Source of the DNA: the human T2T-CHM13v2.0 reference genome, Homo sapiens
NCBI RefSeq assembly: GCF_009914755.1
Contig: NC_060931.1
Length of the DNA stretch: 64,000 bases
Direction: 5' to 3' (one strand)
The position numbers were made by a program, and so were the translations under genes. A model generated the notes under the pieces. The model saw only the letters and a list, made by a program, of their open reading frames with translations, did not search any database and had not been told where the DNA came from. Below, in pieces: positions 56,910 through 64,000 of the stretch. The number at the start of each line of letters is the position of its first letter. Positions within the stretch are counted from its first letter, which is position 1.

Positions 56910-57140
56910 ATAGCTAATATTTATACAGCATTTTGCAGCTTTACATGTATGGTGTCACTCAATTCTTGTGACAGTCCTATCATTTGGAAGCTGTTATAAT
57001 CTCCATTTTTAGTTGAGGAAGATGAGGCTCAGGGAAGTCAATAAATTCTCCCAGGATTATCAGCTGGGAAGAGTCAAAACTGGGATATAAACACAGACAG
57101 TTTGGATTTTCAAATATATTCTCTAAACCAATGACTAATG
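56910..57140 (-). mobile_element. MIR
   Basis: atagctaatatttat...ctccatttttagttgaggaagatgaggctcagggaagt. Confidence 0.7.
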
Positions 57141-58046
57141 CTCTTTTTAGGACAGTCATTGTTGAGAGAGAGAGACACACACACACAGAAAATCTCTTTA
57201 TTGATATTTCACAGGTATGTAATTATTACAGACTTTCTTTACAGTACTGCTTATTCAACTAATTTCATGGTTTGTATACTGGATTTGTGCTTGGGATGAA
57301 AAAAAGCAAGAAATTATGCACATTGTCTTTTTCATTATAAATACTAGTGTTTCTGGCAGACTTCAGTCCCAGTAAAACAATTTTAAAAATACATTTAGCA
57401 AGAAATACAAACTTTTAAGGGCTTTTGCTAAATACTGTGTAGTGATACTTCTCTCTGGAATAGATACTTAGCAGATTTTTTAAACTTCATTTAGTAATGT
57501 GTTCCTTTTTTTACATGATGAGCAACAAAACAATTGTGTGTGGGCCTAGATATTTAACTAAAAAAAATTTATATCTGCACCTGAATGGGGAAAGGAAGGA
57601 GGAAAAGTAGTTGTAATCAGCACAGTATAGGAAGTTTTTCTCTGCTAGTTTTCTGTAGAATGTTGCTGGCTGAAATGGTTCATCATTATGTAATAGGTCT
57701 CAGTAAATAATTACTGAATTAGTGAATGAGTGAATAACCACTCTGCTCTAATGGAGAAAGTTTTAAATATGTAAAAATTAACATTCCCACATAATAAGTT
57801 AGACCCTTTAGTGAATATTGAGAAGAGTTGCTAAACTGAGGAGCAGTGCAGTGTAGCAGTTAGGGGCAGTGACTTTGTAGTTAAACTCCTGGGGCTAAGC
57901 AAGAGATCCACTATATTTTTGATTGGTGTATAAAGGCTTCTAACCTCTCTATCTTTCCCTGCTTACTTTGAATAGGCTGATTTTTTTCACTTGATTATTT
58001 GAATGCCCCAAAGGAAAAGATGAAAAAACTTGATAAGTATTTATAA

Positions 58047-58397
<351 letters not shown>

Positions 58398-60099
58398 TAG
58401 TGTATTTTTTTTTAAACCACCCTTATGCCTAGGCCAAAGTCTTGAGTTTAGGGCAATAATAAAAGGTATTTATTCTGAAAGTGTTTTCCCACTTGCATTG
58501 ATTGCTCAAACAACCAGACCTACCCATGAAAGAACGACAAATCTGTTACTGATTTCAAGGCTCATGGAAAGTTTTGTTTTTTTCTTATGCATTCCAGCTG
58601 AGGGGTTGCGGGGAAAGCTTCAAATAAATGGCCTTGCGATTATAGCAGCTCCTGCCAACCAACAACCTAGAATGACTGTTGGGCCTTCCCCAGGGTCCTA
58701 CTTTCATAAGCAACCCCAAAAATAGCAGTTTCCAGAAAACCGTTGTCATTTGTGCAAACAAACAGGACATTAAAAAGCAGGCGGCCCACCTTTTGATGGT
58801 AATCTCTATGTTAACCACCAGCATTGTTGGGGGCTTGGAGGGATGTTCCAGGAAGCTTCTACTGGTTATTTTTTGCCCTTTTCATTAAAGGATCCCACCC
58901 TTAACTCAGATATCTAATTAAGAAACAAGCTAAGTTGAAAAGACCACTTACCGAAAAAAAAAAAAAAAATCTGTCTCCAAATACACATTTCTGACATTTG
59001 GCTGGTTATTTTGAGAATCTTAGTGAAAAAAAATTACATCTTTAAAGAAAGTCTTCATTTACAAGGGTATCTACCTCTCTACACCAGTAAAAGAGGAAAG
59101 ACTAAGTCACTAGAAACTCTTTAAGATGAAAAAGGCATTGGTTTAAAATGGACATAGTAAGCCTTACCTTGTTTAAGATGGTTTTTCCTAGCTATCTTAT
59201 CTTAACTGGGCTTTTATAGCCTCTTTTTTGTCTCAACTAATAATGATGTTTAGATCTAAGTTGTATTCTTTTGAGATGTAAATTTTATCTCATTTCACCT
59301 AAAGAGTTCAATACTGCTGGAAATATTGTTTGTTCCAGCTGAACCTGATAAGATATTTTAAAAGAATTTAAAGATAGTTTAATGATGTTGCCAGAATTTA
59401 TAAAGGGCTCTATTTAATTCACTTTAAGAAACCTACCACAAGTGTTTAAATCAAGTATTTTATCAGAAAAATAAAAACTAACTGAAATGTCCTTTAGTTC
59501 ATGTGATCTGAGATATACTCTTTGGCAAATAGATCTAGTGTGAAAATTTGTACACGAAGAATGCCTTCAGAATTGTTGGCATTAAATGTAGTGCAGACAC
59601 CTTTGCTGGGTTTGATGGTTAGACAGGTTTGTGTCGTCTTTATGAAATGTTTAAAGCAATAAAAACTATGTTTAACCTTGAACTTTTTCTTTGCTTCTGT
59701 CCTGGGCTTTAGGTTTTTTTGCTCTTTTAAAAGAAAAATATTGAAATTTGTTTGATTTATTAAACTGCAGTTACAGGACTAGATCCTAAATTATTCTAGT
59801 TTCCTACAATATCTGGCTGCAACTCTCCCACCAGGAATAAGAATTGCTTTGTTCCTAAAACGCTATAAGCTGAAGCTGGATGACTTCATGCAAATTTCAA
59901 AGGAAAACATTGTGTCTCATGTGTGGGCTACATAAAAATTCACCAAGCCACCTGATGCCATAACCATAGACATTCAAACTGCAAACCAGGACAAGAGGTT
60001 GACAGCTTCAGGCTATAGACAGCTTTTCCCAAGACATTAGTACAAGACTTCTATCATGAAACTCTTACCCCTCTTATTTTTGCCTTGTTTATGCCTACT

Positions 60100-60191
60100 T
60101 TTTCTTCTTTCTTTCTCTTTGTTTCTCTCTCTGTTTCCCTTCCTTTCTTTCTTTCTTTCTCTCTCTCTCTCTTTCTTTCTTTTCTTTCTTC
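60100..60191 (+). repeat. (CT)/(TTTC)n pyrimidine tract
   Basis: About 90 bp of almost pure C and T. Confidence 0.9.
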
Positions 60192-60419
60192 ATACCAAAA
60201 ATAATGTTGTAATTAGAATTTCACAAACAGATTCTGCAGGTGACTTGACAGCATGCCTAACCCAAGTCTTTCTGTTAAAGAGAGCGTTTAGTCTACCTAA
60301 TAAGTAACTTAAACATATCCCTCATACAACTTTTTGTTCAAATTGCACTAATGATCCCTTTTCACAGAGTTAGCAATATCTGCTTTAATTTAATTTAGTT
60401 ACAGGGTACTAACTAATAT

Positions 60420-60863
60420 AATTGCTACCTACTAGCTGAACAAAGATGTATCTGTACCACCGCTAATACCATATGCTGTAGCTAGATAAATTCCTCTGAG
60501 GAAATTGAGACCCACTGCATAAAATAAGAAAACAGTCTTGGTGACTATGATAGGTCTCACTCAGTCCCCAATGGTCTTTTAATTTGTTGGTTGTTTGGGC
60601 TCTTGACTCAGAATCATTGTGAATTTGTTATATTCCTTTCGGTTTTGCTTTGTATTATTTTCTTTAAATTTTGTACCTTTCGCATGTCAAATTTCTGCAG
60701 AAATACAACACCTAGCAGAATAATGCTAGCCCAACATGTTGAAATAGGAACCAACAACTATGAAACTGACAAAATTGAATTTAACAATGAACCCCAGGCA
60801 AATTTAACAAGAGCCACTACTTGCAAACCTTCTTGCTCAAAGTTTCTTGACACTGACTCATAA
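60420..60863 (+). pseudogene. Degenerate retroviral env TM-subunit remnant
   Basis: The frame from 60420 reads NCYLLAEQRCICTTANTICCS*INSSEEIET (end of the immunosuppressive domain plus CX6CC); the downstream ORF 60591-60863 has the hydrophobic stretch FVIFLSVLLCIIFF. Confidence 0.75.
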
Positions 60864-60999
60864 TTTCTGGCTATTTCCCCAGCGTATGACCAGACCAGTA
60901 AGGAAGGTCTATCCTGGCATTGAGAGACAGTAAAAACCTAACTGCGGGTTAATTGATCAGTGATACCTTCAGAGAAAGATCTTAATATAAAGTGGGAAA

Positions 61000-61525
61000 T
61001 GTAAAAGTCACTGATGCCAAGATGCAATGGCTTACACTAGACCCAAACAAAGTAAGCCAGGAGTCATGAAGGAGGGGAATCTCATACTGCTATGTCTGGT
61101 ATAAAAAGTACCACAAGAACCGTCTGAAAACTCATAAGAAATTACCACATGTTCTGCATGTTCTACACATCCTGCTCATTCTGAAGGTCCTACACATATG
61201 TCTGTAACAGGGCTTATCACAAGAAATCTGTCAAAACTGTAGTGTTCCAGATAAGCCGCTCCTACAAATACACTTGCCTAGCAATGGCTGTCTCCACCAA
61301 TGAGTTAGCAATGGCTCCTTCAACAAGCCTATGTGACCAGTGATTTTTGTTTCAGAATAGCTTATGTGGACCTCTCCTCTTTGTCTTTAAAAGTTTCCAC
61401 TTACCCTAATAGCTCCAGATATGCCTATGATTCATCATAGCATACATATCCTGGATTCCAATCTCCTGCATATTCCCGAATAAACTTTTTGGGGAGAGCC
61501 TGTCTCTCTTGTTATTTTAGGTTAT
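61000..61525 (+). mobile_element. MER34(B/C)-like ERV1 3' LTR
   Basis: Begins tg after the PPT; ttccagataagcc, cacttgcctagcaatggctgtctccaccaatga, tattcccgaataaac...ttattttaggtt. Confidence 0.75.
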
Positions 61526-61529
61526 GTCC

Positions 61530-61915
61530 AAATGAATATATAAAATCATATTTTCAGTAATAATTCCAAAAGGTTTAGTTTTTTTAAATAGAATTTGACA
61601 AGCTTATTCTGAAATTTCTATAGAAATTCAAAAAACCTAGAATTCTTAAAAAAGAGAAAAAAACTAGAAGACTCCCATTAGCTGATTTCAGGAATTACTA
61701 TTAAGCCAGAATAATCAATACAACACAGTACTGGGACAAGGAATGACAAATAGATCAGTGGAACAGAAGAGCTTAAAAAGAGCTCCACTCACACAGTCAT
61801 TTAATTTTCAACAACGGAGCTGAATAATTCCAATGGAGAAATAAAACTTGTCAACAGAGTGATGAAATGTTGACAAGAATTAAAATGAATCTCAACCTCT
61901 ACTTCATATCATGCA
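61530..61915 (+). mobile_element. Old L1 ORF2 fragment (L1M-like)
   Basis: gaatttgacaagcttattctgaaattt...caaatagatcagtggaacagaa...aaaatgaatctcaacctctacttca. Confidence 0.75.
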
Positions 61916-62241
61916 ATCCTAGTGTTAGAAAAATGGAGCTTTACAGATAAGGTAAAGTAATTGTTTCAATAAAGGCCAATTCCTTTTTTTCCCTCTGAAT
62001 AGTTATAAAGAGGAATGAGAGATAAGAATCTATTTCAGATGGTAAATTTTGGAATAGAAGTGACTAAGAGAAGGAGATTCTGGTCTACTTGTTAAGAGAA
62101 GATGCAATTATGTAAGAGATCGAGCTGTGCTCAGATTTTCTACTATTCACAAGTTACTGACACTGTCATGAGTCAACCCTATTATCTTTACCAGGATATT
62201 AAAGACACGGGCTCTGTTGATCACATTTACTCCTTTTATGG

Positions 62242-62273
<32 letters not shown>

Positions 62274-63733
62274 TCAGATCTAACAATTCTTTGCTTAGTC
62301 CTAGGTTAAGATGCCTGTGCACTAGCCAGGCTGAATTGAAATCTGAGGGTGGGGCTCAGAAACTGACCCGGTAAATAAGAATCTGAGGTGACTTTTAGAT
62401 ACACCAGAGTTTGAGGACATAGCTAAGTGGCACCAGAGAAAAATGGGGAGATGCTGACATAAACAAGGCAAGCTCAGTCCTAGGACAATCTAGAAAACTG
62501 TCCTTAAATCTGGGGCTAGGCTTCAGTCAGCTAACTTCTGGCTTTCTTTTCCTTGGCTGCTCTCTGAATTCTTTTATTGTTTAGGAGAAAAAGTTGGGCT
62601 GAAACAGAAAGGCCTCAAGCCCCAAATTGTTCAAACGTTTGCCAAATGAAATGCTATCTCACAAGCAGAAAAGTTACCAAAGGAGAGTGCCAGGAAACAT
62701 TAAAACCCTTTCTACATTGCCATGGCCCCAAAGGGCTCTTTTCAAGCATGTAGCTCTCAAGCTAGAACCAAGGAGAGAGGGACACCTCCAGCCTCCCTTT
62801 CTCTAGTGGGGCATGAGTATATACACCTTCCTCCCTGAAAAGGTGCAGGAGAAACAATGTGGGACTTAAAGAGACTAATAAGGTAGGAAAAAATGTGGAA
62901 TTTTGGTTATTCCAGTTGAGATCAAGTCTGAAAATAAACAAGTGGATTCAGCTAGTATAACTAGATCTTGAGGGTCAGACTGTTGAGTGAAGTTGTTTAA
63001 ATATCATCCAAGGGTGAGATTGGTCTGTTGCTGAGGGTTGTTGTAACCCACAGGAAATCAAGTCTTCTAAAACTGAGTCAGAATCAGACACTTCTAACTG
63101 GAGTTTGAGTGCATGAATGGAAAAAAGAGCTTGATGAGAAAATCTCCCAAAACTATGATGAGAAAATGTTATTTTTTAGAAAACAAATGTGTACGTTCTT
63201 AGAAAAACCCAGTATTGGCAATACTGTCAGTTACCTTTGATTCTTATAACATTCAATCATTTAAATACTCTTCTTTTTCAGTAAGTCCTATGATTCATTT
63301 ACCCATGCTATTAAATGAAAAACGTGCAAGACCGAGCTTCAAATACAAAACAGTAAATCATATGATCATGAAAAAAGAGTATTTGCTATGTGATGGGCAT
63401 GGCTGGCTTTTAGTTCGATGCTTTGATTCCAATTCAGGGTTGTGGCAATCATAATCACAGCGATATAATTATGGCTACCTAGCCATTTAGCCTACTTAGC
63501 AGTCAGGGAAAGGGTAATCACCCAAGGCATTAAGTACTACTGAGATCATTAGCTATACTTGGCTCACATGAAATGTACCACAAACTTTTTGGAAGAGGAT
63601 GCAATAAGAAAAATACCGGCAGTCATGATGGTTAGTAATGATTATCACAATTCACAAAAAGTATTTAAATGCCACATTATGAAAAAATGAATCCTCTCCA
63701 GCATCCTATGTTAGGTCTCTAGCCAGAGAAACG

Positions 63734-63860
63734 CTATGGTTTAAAGTAACTATAAAGTAACTATAACAAAGTAACTATATGTTACTTATGTATTAGTTAT
63801 TTAAAGTTAAACTAACTTTAAACTATGGTTTAAAGTAACTATAAAGTAACTATATCAAAG
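63734..63860. repeat. Composite direct and inverted repeat built from an aaagtaactat unit
   Basis: 38-bp direct repeat (63734-63771 and 63823-63860, one mismatch) flanking two short hairpins. Confidence 0.85.
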
Positions 63861-64000
63861 AAGTTGTGTGGGTTTCGATTATTACCCATAATTGTTTGTC
63901 AGCTTCTTCTGACAGAATCTTTATTTCAGAATGCCTATTCCCTAGAAAAAAACACATAGGAGGAGGTGAAATTCTAATTGATTTTCACTTATAACTCAAG

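Larger units (their letters stand above)
58410..60999 (+). mobile_element. ERV1 MER4-group internal region (MER34-int-like), decayed and deleted
   Basis: MER4-group-like internal motifs, an env remnant at about 60056-60860, and a purine-rich PPT-like aaagtgggaaa just before the LTR; 5' boundary uncertain. Confidence 0.7.

Overview
This is AT-rich, CpG-poor primate nuclear DNA (human or ape-like, judged from the AluY, THE1 and MER11 elements), either intergenic or deep intronic. I cannot support any protein-coding gene, RNA gene or CpG island. The recognisable ORFs in the track come from Alu, MaLR/ERV, L1 or low-complexity sequence, and the rest resemble nothing I know. The window is a mosaic of interspersed repeats: about 12 Alu/FLAM copies, old L1 fragments, MIR/L2, hAT DNA transposons, several MaLR solo LTRs, a two-LTR THE1 element, three MER57-family LTRs, a MER11 LTR end, and a MER34-like ERV1 internal region with its 3' LTR. 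That internal region still carries a decayed env TM segment with a CX6CC motif. Structure the repeats do not explain: a perfect 4 x 38-bp hairpin-containing minisatellite, local tandem duplications of 97, 182 and 29 bp, three patchwork or fold-back insertions that look copied from nearby sequence, and a short telomere-like hexamer run next to a long (GA)n tract. Repeat subfamily names are from memory of consensus sequences, not from a search, and boundaries of old elements are approximate. I see no convincing evidence of a new biological system.
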